From Fidelibacterota bacterium (GTDB lineage Bacteria; Fidelibacterota; Fidelibacteria; Fidelibacterales; Fidelibacteraceae): 64,000 nt of DNA. The stretch covers positions 19,031 to 83,030 of the forward strand of contig JAOZRH010000001.1 in the NCBI GenBank assembly GCA_029931905.1, read 5' to 3'. Positions 1 to 10,351 of this stretch are shown here, piece by piece (within the stretch, counting starts at the first letter, position 1; each line of letters opens with the position of its first letter). The translations under genes and the position numbers were made by a program. A model generated the notes under the pieces. It was not told where the DNA came from. It saw only the letters and a program-made list of their open reading frames with translations, and did not search any database.

Positions 1-1
1 A

Positions 2-910
2 TCAACACAGTTCAATGTTATACGCAATGCTTCCGGTTTTATAGAGTTTAATCACCCACTAACTTCAACCGAACTACATAAACTTAAGAAAAATAAACAA
101 AAATGTCATTCTAAAGAATTGATTCAGGACTTAGATTTGTCAGAAGAAGTAAAAAAGAGATATTATTGCCCTTATGACAAAGCAATAAAAACATGTAAAC
201 AAAAAGCACGAAATAAATTTAGATTAAGTTTAACTAATGAAGTTGTTTTTAATGTATATTTACAGGGATTTACAGAAATACAATATATTATTAAACATTT
301 ACAATATTTTAATGATTTGGCATTTGTCCACAAAGGGCATAAAATTCAAATATTTAAAAAAATAGATAGTGTTATTATTGGTGATATTGGATTTGGTGTA
401 GAGTATATGGTAAGTAGTGTGTATGACAAATTGTTATTAGAATATGTTGAAACTTTAAAAAATATTTATCCATTTACCCATTTTAATTTAACGAATTTAA
501 TATTTAATTTTTATTTAATTTACAAAAGTTCTAATAGTGATAGTAAAGAATTTTTAAGTTATTTAACATTTTTACATTTTGAATTGATTAAGTCTATATT
601 GGTTAATAAGTATTTTACTTCTTGTAAAACAGATGAAGTAGTTGAGCAATTTTATACAGGGAGATTAGATACAGTAGTGATGGACCAAACTGAGCTATTA
701 ATGGTTTTTTTAAATGGGATACATTCTTTACCAGATAATGATACTGAGTTTACAAGTTTTATGGTAGGGTATTATAAGATGTTTGTGTATATAAGGAATT
801 TATTAAACCGTGAAGTAAAGAAGTGTGCACAAGATTATTTTCATACTAAGATAAATCGGATAGACATAGTGAGTTATGATAAGGAGTATTGTGATCAATA
901 TGTGGGATAA
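2..910 (+). CDS. hypothetical protein, 5' partial
   Basis: Track ORF 119..910 starts at a TTG, but the same frame has no stop of any kind back to nt 2. It ends TAA at 908-910 and has no in-frame TAG. Confidence 0.6.
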   Translation, partial: STQFNVIRNASGFIEFNHPLTSTELHKLKKNKQKCHSKELIQDLDLSEEVKKRYYCPYDKAIKTCKQKARNKFRLSLTNEVVFNVYLQGFTEIQYIIKHLQYFNDLAFVHKGHKIQIFKKIDSVIIGDIGFGVEYMVSSVYDKLLLEYVETLKNIYPFTHFNLTNLIFNFYLIYKSSNSDSKEFLSYLTFLHFELIKSILVNKYFTSCKTDEVVEQFYTGRLDTVVMDQTELLMVFLNGIHSLPDNDTEFTSFMVGYYKMFVYIRNLLNREVKKCAQDYFHTKINRIDIVSYDKEYCDQYVG

Positions 911-1142
911 TAGATATAAGAAGTTACAATTTTTGGCTGAGTGTAAGCACAATGATAATGTAAGGGTGACGGAGTTAATGGAGAAGGGTCATATTACACA
1001 GAGTGAAGGTAAGGTAATTCATCAACGCATTTTAAATTATTACAATGCAGATATTAGCATAGGTGATATTAGATATGCTATTAATAAGGGGAGTAAATGT
1101 GGTGGACAAATATCAGAAGATGATAATGGAGTTACAAAATAA
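876..1142 (+). CDS. small hypothetical protein (alternative start ATG 900 preceded by AAGGAG at 881-886)
   Basis: Track ORF with TAA stop that overlaps the end of the upstream gene. It shares a '...YYN' C-terminal pattern with the next small ORF. Confidence 0.5.
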   Translation: MIRSIVINMWDNRYKKLQFLAECKHNDNVRVTELMEKGHITQSEGKVIHQRILNYYNADISIGDIRYAINKGSKCGGQISEDDNGVTK

Positions 1143-1314
1143 TATTAAGAAGCGTAGATCAGAGGCTATATTATTAAGAGATCAAGGTTTTATTACCACA
1201 GAGATGTTACAAAGGTTATATACTAAGATTAATGATTATTATAATCCTTCTATCGAAGCTATCAGAGAGCAGCAGAAAATATATTATAGAAAGACATGCA
1301 CAATAACCGAATAA
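1063..1314 (+). CDS. small hypothetical protein, paralog-like of 876..1142 (real start probably ATG 1120 or 1126)
   Basis: Track ORF with TAA stop. 'GFITTEMLQRLYTKINDYYN' resembles 'GHITQSEGKVIHQRILNYYN' in the upstream ORF. Confidence 0.5.
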   Translation: MILDMLLIRGVNVVDKYQKMIMELQNNIKKRRSEAILLRDQGFITTEMLQRLYTKINDYYNPSIEAIREQQKIYYRKTCTITE

Positions 1315-1440
1315 TAGCATGACAGAATAACCTAAATCTTATAGGAAATAAATGTTATAATATTGAGTTTAATTAATATGATATATCTATAGTAGGTATA
1401 TAGGATAATAAATATAACATGGAAGAATAGGGTTTATAAA

Positions 1441-1635
1441 ATGGTATTAGAAGAAGTATAGGGGCGTATTGAGAATGAATTGGAGAATGAGGGTCTAAAT
1501 ACAGAAGATATAGTTGATTATGAAGTTGAAATGGATTTAGGGGAGGTCTGTCATAATCAGGGTATTATAGACACATTTGAAGTAATGATAGATAAGAAGG
1601 ACCGGATAGTAAGGGTTATGATGGAGCTATATTAA
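1441..1635 (+). CDS. possible small acidic protein (64 codons) containing one in-frame TAG
   Basis: ATG at 1441, TAG at codon 7, TAA at 1633-1635 three nt before the helicase ATG. It is missing from the track because of the TAG. Confidence 0.35.
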
Positions 1636-1638
1636 TAT

Positions 1639-4600
1639 ATGTTTTGTTTAATACACAAGAATAAGTTTGATGGTAAGTTAAAGGGTATGGTTCATCAGGT
1701 AATATACGAGAATGATCATACCTTTTTCTTTCCAAGGCACATTAGACGTTATTATGATTATTCTTATATAGATGGTTGGGTAGATCCTAAGTTTAGTATA
1801 GTAAAGCCAAAGGAGTTTAAGTTTACATCTAAGTTAAGGGATGCACAGGTAGATATGAGTGCTGACATATTTGATTCCTTTGCAGAAACAGGATATATTC
1901 ATGGTATTATACAGGCGAGACCGGGAACTGGTAAATGTTTTAAGATTGATACACCTATATTAATGTATGATGGGTCTATTAAGATGGTTCAGGATATTAT
2001 TAATGGTGATCTTGTTATGGGACCGGATAGTAAACCAAGAATTGCATCTGGTGTTAATGTTGGGTATGGTGATATGTATGAAGTAATTCCTGATAAGGGG
2101 GATTCATTTACATGTAATTATGATCATATACTGAGTTTAAAAAGTTCATATCATGATAGTAAACAATATCCATTTGATTCTATAACAAATATATCTATTA
2201 AGGATTATCTTAAGCAGACAAATAGATTTAAAGCTAAGATGAAGTTATGGCGAACTGGTGTTGAGTTTCCTACAGTAGATATTCTGTTTGATCCTTATAT
2301 TATTGGTGCACATTTAGGTGATGGTACTAAGAAAGAAATTTGTTCAATTAGAAATGATTTTAGATTTTATGTAAAAGAACATTTAATAACTGAGAATAAT
2401 GAACGTAATATACCTAACGAATATTTAATTAATGATCGTGAAGTACGGTTACAGTTATTAGCTGGTATTATTGACACTAATGGTAATTTAAGTTCTGATG
2501 GATATGAAGTATTTTGTAAGGATGAACATTTTGCTGATCAGATTTGTTTTTTAAGTAGAAGTCTTGGGTATGCATGTTATAAAAAAGAAAAGGTTATAGG
2601 AACTGAAATCCATTATAAATGTTTTATATCTGGTTATATTAATGAAATTCCTTGTGAATATAAGAAAGCACCAGAATGTAAGCAAATTAAGGATGTATTA
2701 AAAACTGGTTTCGAAGTTAAATATATTGGTAAAGATAATTATTATGGATTTACATTAGATAAAGATCATCTATATTTGATGGGAGATTTCACAGTAACTC
2801 ATAATACAGTATTAGGGATTTATTTAGCACATAAGTTAAATGTTGTTACTTTAATAGTTATAGACAATAAGAAGATTGTTGAGCAGTGGATAGATGAAAT
2901 GCTTAGACATACAGATTTAGAAAGGTCTGACATTGGTACTATTAAGGGTGATGTATTTGATGTAGATGACAAAGTTATTATAGTGAGTACTCCACAGACT
3001 TTGAGCAGCAAATTTAAGAATGCTAATAAAACATTTTATCCTAAGTTCAGGGATATTGGTGTTGGTTTGGTGATATGGGATGAATGTAAGTCTGGTGATA
3101 CAGAATTATTAACGGAACATGGTTGGCAGCGGTTTGACAAATTGGATAAGAGTGTTAAGGTTGCACAATTCAATCATATTACCAGAGAGATTTCTTTTGT
3201 AAAGCCATTACGTTATATTGAGAATGATTATAAAGGTAAGTTGGTTCATCTTAAGAGTAGAAATATTGATGATTTATCAACACCAAATCACGAACAACCA
3301 TTATATCTTAGTGGTAAGTATGAAAAGAGAATAGTAGATAATGTAAAATTTAATTATTATACAAAAATACCTATACATGGAAAAGGTGTAGGGGATTTAG
3401 AGTTCACAGATTACCATAGATTCCTTATTATGTTACAAGCAGATGGTACCATTCAATACGAAACTAAAGATGGGGATCATTATCAAGTATGTTTTACTTT
3501 TAGTAAACAGCGTAAAATTGATAGATTAAAGCAATTAGTTGAGTCATTAGGTTATTCGTGGGGAATTTCCAATGATACTGGTTCTATTAATGAGAATGTT
3601 AAAGACCGTACTCGATTTATGATATATCCAAAAGACAGAATGTATAAGCATTTTAATGAATGGCTTGATATATCAAATATTTCATATGAGTTTGCTAATA
3701 AGTTTATTAATGAACTTGTATTGTGGGATGGTAGTACTAAAGGTGGTAATTTATATTATTCTACTACAGATAGTGGTAATGCAGATATTGTTCAAATAGT
3801 TGCATTATTTGGTGGTTACAAATGTTCACGTGGTATACAGATTGATAATAGGAAAGAAAGTTATAAAGATGTTCATAGGTTTTATTTTTATAAAGATGTG
3901 GATGCTGCTACACAGAGTATAAAAAAGGATTACGTTGATTATGATGGTAAAGTATATTGTGTGACGGTGCCAGATGGTAATATTATTGTAAGACGTAATA
4001 ATAAAGTTTCTATTACTGGTAATTGTCATGTAATAGCGAATGAGTGGGCAGCAGGATCTTTATTATTTAATACCCCTAATTTATTAGGTATGAGTGCAAC
4101 CCCATGGCATGGTAAAGACAAAGAGATTTTAATGTATTCTATATTTGGTGAAGTAGTGACTAAGTATGGAGAGTACGATTTTTCTCCTAAATATAAAATG
4201 GTTGAGTATGATTCTCTTACAGGTGACAAGGATGGTAAGAGGGTGAACTATTTATGGAAGAATAACTTTAATATGGCACGATCAGTATATAATAGGGTTT
4301 TATTAAAGAGTAAGGCGTGGGTTGATATATGTGTAGAGATTATGAAGTACAATATGGAAGCTGATCCTAATAATAGAATGATTGTTATAGTTTTTACAGA
4401 GAAGCAGATAAATGTGTTATATGATGCAGCAATTAAAGCTGGGTTAGAACCTATCAAATTTTATGCAAAGCAACGGGAAGTTGATAAGGATAAAGATAGG
4501 TTATTGATTGCAACAATGGCATATGGTAGTAAGGCATTTGATTATAAGCAATTAAATCGTATGTTATTGGCTATTCCTATATTAGGTAAGAAAGCAATGG

Positions 4601-4791
4601 TACAATCCATAGGGAGGATTTTGCGTGAATGTTCAGGTAAAGTAGATGCTGAAGTTTGGGATTTATATGATATGGGGTCTGGTTACCGGGGATTATTTCT
4701 TAATACTATAGATCAGAAGTTAAGAATTATTAACAATGAGTATGATGATGTAATCATTGAAAGAGGTAGCATAGAACATTTAACGAAATAA
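1639..4791 (+). CDS. SF2 DECH-box DNA/RNA helicase precursor with two inteins (spliced extein about 447 aa)
   Basis: Motif I is ARPGTGK|T, restored after removing intein 1. Motif II is VIWDE|CH, restored after removing intein 2. Motif III is MSATP and motif VI is QSIGRILRE. The 1050 codons contain no in-frame TAG and end in TAA. Confidence 0.9.
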   Translation: MFCLIHKNKFDGKLKGMVHQVIYENDHTFFFPRHIRRYYDYSYIDGWVDPKFSIVKPKEFKFTSKLRDAQVDMSADIFDSFAETGYIHGIIQARPGTGKCFKIDTPILMYDGSIKMVQDIINGDLVMGPDSKPRIASGVNVGYGDMYEVIPDKGDSFTCNYDHILSLKSSYHDSKQYPFDSITNISIKDYLKQTNRFKAKMKLWRTGVEFPTVDILFDPYIIGAHLGDGTKKEICSIRNDFRFYVKEHLITENNERNIPNEYLINDREVRLQLLAGIIDTNGNLSSDGYEVFCKDEHFADQICFLSRSLGYACYKKEKVIGTEIHYKCFISGYINEIPCEYKKAPECKQIKDVLKTGFEVKYIGKDNYYGFTLDKDHLYLMGDFTVTHNTVLGIYLAHKLNVVTLIVIDNKKIVEQWIDEMLRHTDLERSDIGTIKGDVFDVDDKVIIVSTPQTLSSKFKNANKTFYPKFRDIGVGLVIWDECKSGDTELLTEHGWQRFDKLDKSVKVAQFNHITREISFVKPLRYIENDYKGKLVHLKSRNIDDLSTPNHEQPLYLSGKYEKRIVDNVKFNYYTKIPIHGKGVGDLEFTDYHRFLIMLQADGTIQYETKDGDHYQVCFTFSKQRKIDRLKQLVESLGYSWGISNDTGSINENVKDRTRFMIYPKDRMYKHFNEWLDISNISYEFANKFINELVLWDGSTKGGNLYYSTTDSGNADIVQIVALFGGYKCSRGIQIDNRKESYKDVHRFYFYKDVDAATQSIKKDYVDYDGKVYCVTVPDGNIIVRRNNKVSITGNCHVIANEWAAGSLLFNTPNLLGMSATPWHGKDKEILMYSIFGEVVTKYGEYDFSPKYKMVEYDSLTGDKDGKRVNYLWKNNFNMARSVYNRVLLKSKAWVDICVEIMKYNMEADPNNRMIVIVFTEKQINVLYDAAIKAGLEPIKFYAKQREVDKDKDRLLIATMAYGSKAFDYKQLNRMLLAIPILGKKAMVQSIGRILRECSGKVDAEVWDLYDMGSGYRGLFLNTIDQKLRIINNEYDDVIIERGSIEHLTK
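1936..2805 (+). mobile_element. intein 1 (290 aa) inserted in the helicase Walker A/P-loop, with a LAGLIDADG-type homing endonuclease remnant
   Basis: Starts with Cys right after GTGK (CFKIDTPILMYDG). Block B-like TCNYDH is present. LAGLIDADG-like IIGAHLGDGT and LLAGIIDTNGN are present. Ends ...FTVTHN followed by Thr (+1). Confidence 0.85.
3085..4023 (+). mobile_element. intein 2 (313 aa) inserted in helicase motif II (DE|CH), with a LAGLIDADG-type homing endonuclease domain
   Basis: Starts with Cys after VIWDE (CKSGDTELLTEHG). Block B-like STPNHE is present. LAGLIDADG-like FLIMLQADGT and NELVLWDGST are present. Ends ...VSITGN followed by Cys (+1), which regenerates DECH. Confidence 0.8.
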
Positions 4792-4842
4792 GGAATGTCT
4801 TGTCTGTTCAGATTTGAATTAATTATAAAAGATTAACTAACT

Positions 4843-4858
4843 ATTGGTAAATTAAATG
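4843..4858 (+). promoter_or_regulatory. initiation-region motif ATTGGTAAATTAAATG (includes the start codon)
   Basis: The same 16-mer occurs at 24327-24342. Close variants lie at 15949-15965, at 32659-32673, and on the minus strand at 37611-37626. Confidence 0.5.
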
Positions 4859-6121
4859 ATATATTCAAGAGCAGACAAGGTTGAACAATATCTATCCCAT
4901 TATAATATCACTGGGGTAGAAGCTTAGAAGGGCAGTTGGAACACACGTCTTTATCTAACGAACATCCATACCAATAAGCCATATAAATTAGAGATCCAGA
5001 ATCCTCTTTATAATATTTTATCAGGGGAGGATAATCATCATGAGTTTGATCCAAAGTCATTAAATGGTCATAATTATTTATTACGAAATATGATATTTGA
5101 TTATACAGATGTTGGGATGACAGAGTTTATTGCTAATTTTCTTAACACAGAGTATTATAAGCGGTATGGTACATTAGAGCATGAAGCAGGGAAGAAATAG
5201 TCGAGTGAATATTTTTCTTTCTTAGAGATGAAAGATATAGAATTGATTAAAGGTTTAGCCGGTTTCAAGGATAATGTTATTACTGGTGTATATGGTAATT
5301 TCTTTACCATGGATGATGACACATTGAGATTTACATTTAAGCCTACCACACCTATTGTTGAGAATATTAACAAGGTTCATTTTGCCCAATCCTTTATATT
5401 TACCAAGGATGGATGGCAGTATCCCACATATTACATTATATATACTAAAAAAGGATCAACAGATGTTTAGTTTGAGTAGACTAATTTATTAGTTAATTCA
5501 ATTACTAACAATGGATCTGTTGTTGTTAATTTATCACAGTTATTTGGTGATAAGTGGACAGACATTTCATCTGATATGGATACATTATCTGGATTTGGTA
5601 CAGAATGGTTTATTGTGCCATCCTTATTCACATGTGCAATTATGCGGAACACACCTACTGGAATATTACGATACATTCCCATTAATTTTACAAAACAATT
5701 TTTTAATATTACATTTAATAATATGGATATTGAAGCAAAGGCTATAAGGGATGGTGATAGTGGTGAATAGATAAACACTGAACCCAATTTTAATGATAGT
5801 AATGCAGTATTAGAGGTAATTGATAACACTTCGTCGGAATAGACAGAATCAAAGAAGGCTTCCTTTGTATATAAGGATGATCGTATAGTTCCTTGGTCAA
5901 GTATGGAGCATGTTGAATTTTTAGATCAGTTATTAAAGTTGTCAAGTACAGCAGAATATTTTAATGATGTATTATTTTCATTAGAGGATTCGGAGTTTCA
6001 GTTTCCTATATATTTAATTACACCGATAGATAACGAAGTGAGTCATGGACCTTATGGCACTTAGTTTAATGACGATTATATTGACAATGTTGGTGTAGTA
6101 AGCGTGGGTGGTGGCGAATGA
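4856..6121 (+). CDS. hypothetical protein, 421 aa, 7 in-frame TAG
   Basis: ATG at 4856. Track ORFs 5228..5470 and 5576..5770 share the frame and are joined only by TAG. The terminal TGA at 6119-6121 overlaps the next ATG (ATGA). Confidence 0.8.
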
Positions 6122-6633
6122 TTTATAAATGGTATATAAATAATGATTTTAAGTTATTGGTAAGGACGTGGGTATTTTTAACAATGGATATGTACGTAAT
6201 GTCATTTAAAGATCCTAACACAGATTATTTCTATGATCAGTTGTCAAGTAAGTTATTTAATAATGAACAAGATATTGACGTTATGAAATATTGGTATAAT
6301 CCAGTTAAGATGGTGGATGTTGTTGAAAGTGTAACACAGAAGACAGAAACAGACATACATGTTGGTAAGAAGAATTATACAATGATTCACATTCAGTCAC
6401 ATGAAGATATTTATAATATGTCATTTTCTTCTGATATTAAGGATGTTTTCATAGTGTAGATGAAACGTTTTGATAAAGACAATTATCTGGCACCAGTATG
6501 TATAAGGGTTGATGAAGAATGGTTAAATTATTATGAGCACAACCTTGATTTAAGTAATTTATTACAAGAGAGAAGTAATGTAAGTGATGTCAACAATTTG
6601 TTATCTAATTTTAGAAAAGCAATATTCATATAA
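6118..6633 (+). CDS. hypothetical protein, 171 aa, 1 in-frame TAG
   Basis: Track ORF 6118..6459 continues past TAG 6457 to TAA at 6631-6633. Confidence 0.75.
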
Positions 6634-6645
6634 GGGAAAAATATA

Positions 6646-7275
6646 ATGCAAGAATTTAATGTAGATTTAGGGACTAAAGAGATTTACAGTCTTAAGAATT
6701 AGAGCTTTGATATTGCTAATAATGGATCAGCAGATTTATCAGTTGATTCTATTAACTTGTCAAGTGATAATATCGTTATGACATTTACAAAGACACCATT
6801 TTAGATTATTCAGAATATGACATATTCTTTATCGGGATATTTAAAGATATTGACATTTGAAGATTCTACTGCAGTAGATTATATTGAATGTGATGTATCA
6901 TGGTTAGACGAATATGGTGATACACAGACTGATGTTTACCGGTATTATTTAAATTACGTTGGTTCTATTAATCATCAGTATGTTCAGACCTTTGATATAA
7001 GGAATATAAACTACATTAAAGACATGTTGGTGATCCGAATGGATTTTAATGAGGCATTTCCAGATCAGAATTATCCAAATATGATAATAAAAGCAATTGA
7101 TTCAACTCCATATCATATATTCCCTAAGATATATAGAATGAGCGCAACGTCAATTGTGTATGTATATAAGGACAATGATATAAATAATATAATAATTGAT
7201 GACAAGATTCAGATGAATGTAATATTTAATCAACCTGAATTGGATATTCATAAAATTTCATATAGGTCAATATAA
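6646..7275 (+). CDS. hypothetical protein, 209 aa, 2 in-frame TAG
   Basis: ATG at 6646 preceded by GGGAAAAA. In frame with track ORF 6817..7275. TAA stop. Confidence 0.75.
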
Positions 7276-7276
7276 C

Positions 7277-10200
7277 ATGATAAGTTTTCAGTCAGATAAT
7301 TTAGATTATAGAATATACAAGGTGGATGATTTTGATATATCACTCCACATGAATAGTGAGAAACTTGATCATATTTTTAAAGAGTATCTATATTTCACAT
7401 TATCAGAGATGATTGGTGATGATGGTTAGGTGGCGTTTAATTATGAATTAAGGACTGATAAGCTTGATGATTTATATAAAGACGAAGTTCTTGGATCAGT
7501 TTTAATTTTTTGGTTAAGTTATCATTATATTTTAGATATTCTTAACATGTCAAAAATACAATTGATATCAAGTGTAAATCATCCAAATTTTGTTCATCTT
7601 TATTTTAACCAGAAAATAACAGATTCTACTTATGGTATATTAGCAAATTATAATAAGGGAACAGAATTTTATACAGATCACATTTTTGGTTTACGAAATC
7701 TTAAGTATAGTACATATGATGTACAGGAACAATCCAGATCTTGGTTCATGACAAACGAAAAGACTGAATTCACAAAGTATTTGGGCAATAATATCACTAT
7801 AATCACTGAAAATTTTATTACTGATCTGGATAAAGAACAGGCAATGGATAATATATTTGGTGCATATACTGGTACTGGTAATGATGTTACAATCATTTTA
7901 AAAGAAGATATAAAGAGTGCATTGCGGTTTGGTTTTACATTAACAATGAATGGACTTGAATATACAATTATATTCTCAACGAATTAGAACAATTACATTA
8001 TTGCTAATCGATTAAAAGAATTATTTAAGTTAATGGATACCAGAGTTAATAATGTAATCTGGAAATGGAAAGAAATTTCATATTTATATGTAGAAGACAC
8101 GGACTTTGTGACCGATTATATTGATCCTGAGTTTAAAGAAGGGAATATAATTGTTGCAAATTCATATGTAGATACATGGGTTAAGAATAAATATAATGCC
8201 GGATCTACTGTATTTAATTAGCAACCAACATTTGATAATGCTGTATTTGATATATTAGATGATATAAAAATGTTTGTTGATGAAATTGGTAAAGGGATTG
8301 TATATTTTGATTTTGATAATACAATGTTACATACTACTATTGGTAATCAAGATGATTACAGTTTTTTAGATATTTATGGATATGACGAAGAAAGACAAAG
8401 ACCGATCCTTCTTGGTATAAATAAGGACTATGAGAGCGCGGGTAGTTAGTTTAGATCAATTAAAGTTATATCAGGCGGTATTACAGCAATAAACAATGAC
8501 GAATTGGTTAATGACATGACATCGGCAGACTATGAATATCTAATGCAGACTACATTAGTAGATGTTAAGCACATTCATTATATGGACATGTTTGCTATGA
8601 TAGCAGATGTATATGGCTTTACACCACGAACACCAACAGCATTTCAGTTATTTAATCCAGTTGATAGTGATAGAAAATTCTTTTATAATGATGGTGAATA
8701 TGATGCAAAAGGTAAAACCATTGATGCATAGGTTTATAAACAAAGTAAACCATATGATCAAACTACAACCGAATCATTATACGTTTTTACAATGAAAACA
8801 TTTATAATTGAACCCTTATCAAATTGGAATGGTGATAGTAGTTAGGGTAAGATACGAGATATTGAATTTAGATTAAAAGGTGAGAAAGTCGAAATTCCAT
8901 ATGAACAAATTACGGATTTTGGATATGATGATATCAGACCTATTATTGTTAATAGTTATAAAACTGGCTGTCAGACATCATCATCAAATTATTTCAATTC
9001 ATATAATAATATGAGATCAGGTATTCATTTTGATCCCCCAATTCAATTCGATCAACTTATTATTAATAATTACCATTGTAATGGCGGTGATAGTAATTTT
9101 GGTATAGCAAATTGTAGATTTTTAATAGCAGATTTTAAATTTGAAGCAGATGGTTTTGAAGAATCTTCACATTTACTTGATTTAATATTTGAAGGAGAAA
9201 TAAGAGAACACATTCCATCTAATACCGCAGATGATATAATTATACCATTAACTATACCAGCTTCAATTACTGATAATACATCTGTCCCAATGTTTACATT
9301 ACTTGATGTTGCATCATTTGGATTAGATCAGACTGATACAAATTCATGTGCTATTCCATATGATGCCATTATATCACTATTTAACGATGTAACAGACGAA
9401 GGATCAATGTTAGAATTTATTCATGAATGGTTTTAGATTGATGGTGATTCAAATGAGATTTCGTTTGATGCAGTAGAATATAATAATTTATTTATAAAAT
9501 ATGTTCCAATTGTATCAGGAAATGGAATGTTTCATATTTCTCACAGAAATAGTGTTGTTGGTTATCGTACTATCAATGATAGATTGTTACATGCATTGTC
9601 ATTGGATGTAAAGAAAGATATATTAGAAGATCTTTGGAATGACACTGATAATATGGTCAAATATAAATGTTTAATAGGAACAGATGTTATTACACAGATT
9701 AATGATGATAGTGAATTTAATACAAATGTCAATTGGTCCCGTGATATATTTACTAATGGTGTTGAACTAAAAGAATTACATACATTGTCAAATTCAACTA
9801 AGTCTGAGTTCCTTTCAATGTTAATGAATGAAAATATGTATCATAGTGCCATAGAATTGTTTTCTGGAAGATATATATGCGCATTATTTAAATTAGAGGA
9901 TGTGATACAAAACTCATACAACAATTCTATTATTTTTAATAAGGTTATTGGTAGTGATTAGTATTCATATTATAGTTTGAAATCTACTGGTAATGATATT
10001 ACATTTTCTGGATATTTCATTAGTTCATATACGGATAATCATTATGCATGGTGGTTACTTGATCTTGATAATGGTAAGATTAAAAATATTGCAACAACAC
10101 CTTTTGAATTTAATGCCGGGACCACGAATCCTATTATTACAAATTTGGAAGTTATTGAAAATAGGGAATTGTATGTAGTTGATAAAGCAGACTATGATAC

Positions 10201-10348
10201 AATTTATAATAACTGGTTAAATGTTTTCAAGATTTATGATATTTTGCCAGTATATCAGATTGTATATGCAAGGAAACCATTCGATATTACAAAGAATCAA
10301 ATTTTCAACGTTTATGCAAACGAATACACATTAGTAAGTGAGGTATAA
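7277..10348 (+). CDS. large hypothetical (virion-type) protein, 1023 aa, 8 in-frame TAG
   Basis: Track ORFs 7430, 8033, 8504, 9011, 9527 and 9977 are all in one frame with only TAG between them. ATG at 7277, TAA at 10346-10348. Confidence 0.85.
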
Positions 10349-10351
10349 TCA

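Noticed and set aside
1315-1440. Suppressor tRNA or other tRNA in the non-coding gaps (1315-1440, 11946-12041, 15891-15962, 24279-24339, 37614-37697, 47600-47642)
   Set aside because: The gaps are short, and by eye none shows a cloverleaf or the conserved T-loop (GTTCRANNC) or D-loop signatures. A proper tRNA scan of the whole genome is still needed, because a tRNA(CUA) is expected somewhere.
2820-4457. Four minus-strand ORFs (2820..3011, 3826..4029, 4026..4229, 4248..4457) inside the helicase
   Set aside because: They are antisense to a gene with clear helicase and intein motifs and have no initiation signals. They are shadow ORFs.
4798-4880. 8-bp inverted repeat CTTGTCTG / CAGACAAG flanking the start of the gene at 4856
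   Set aside because: The arms are short, the loop is about 60 nt, and one arm lies inside coding sequence. This is expected by chance in 64 kb.
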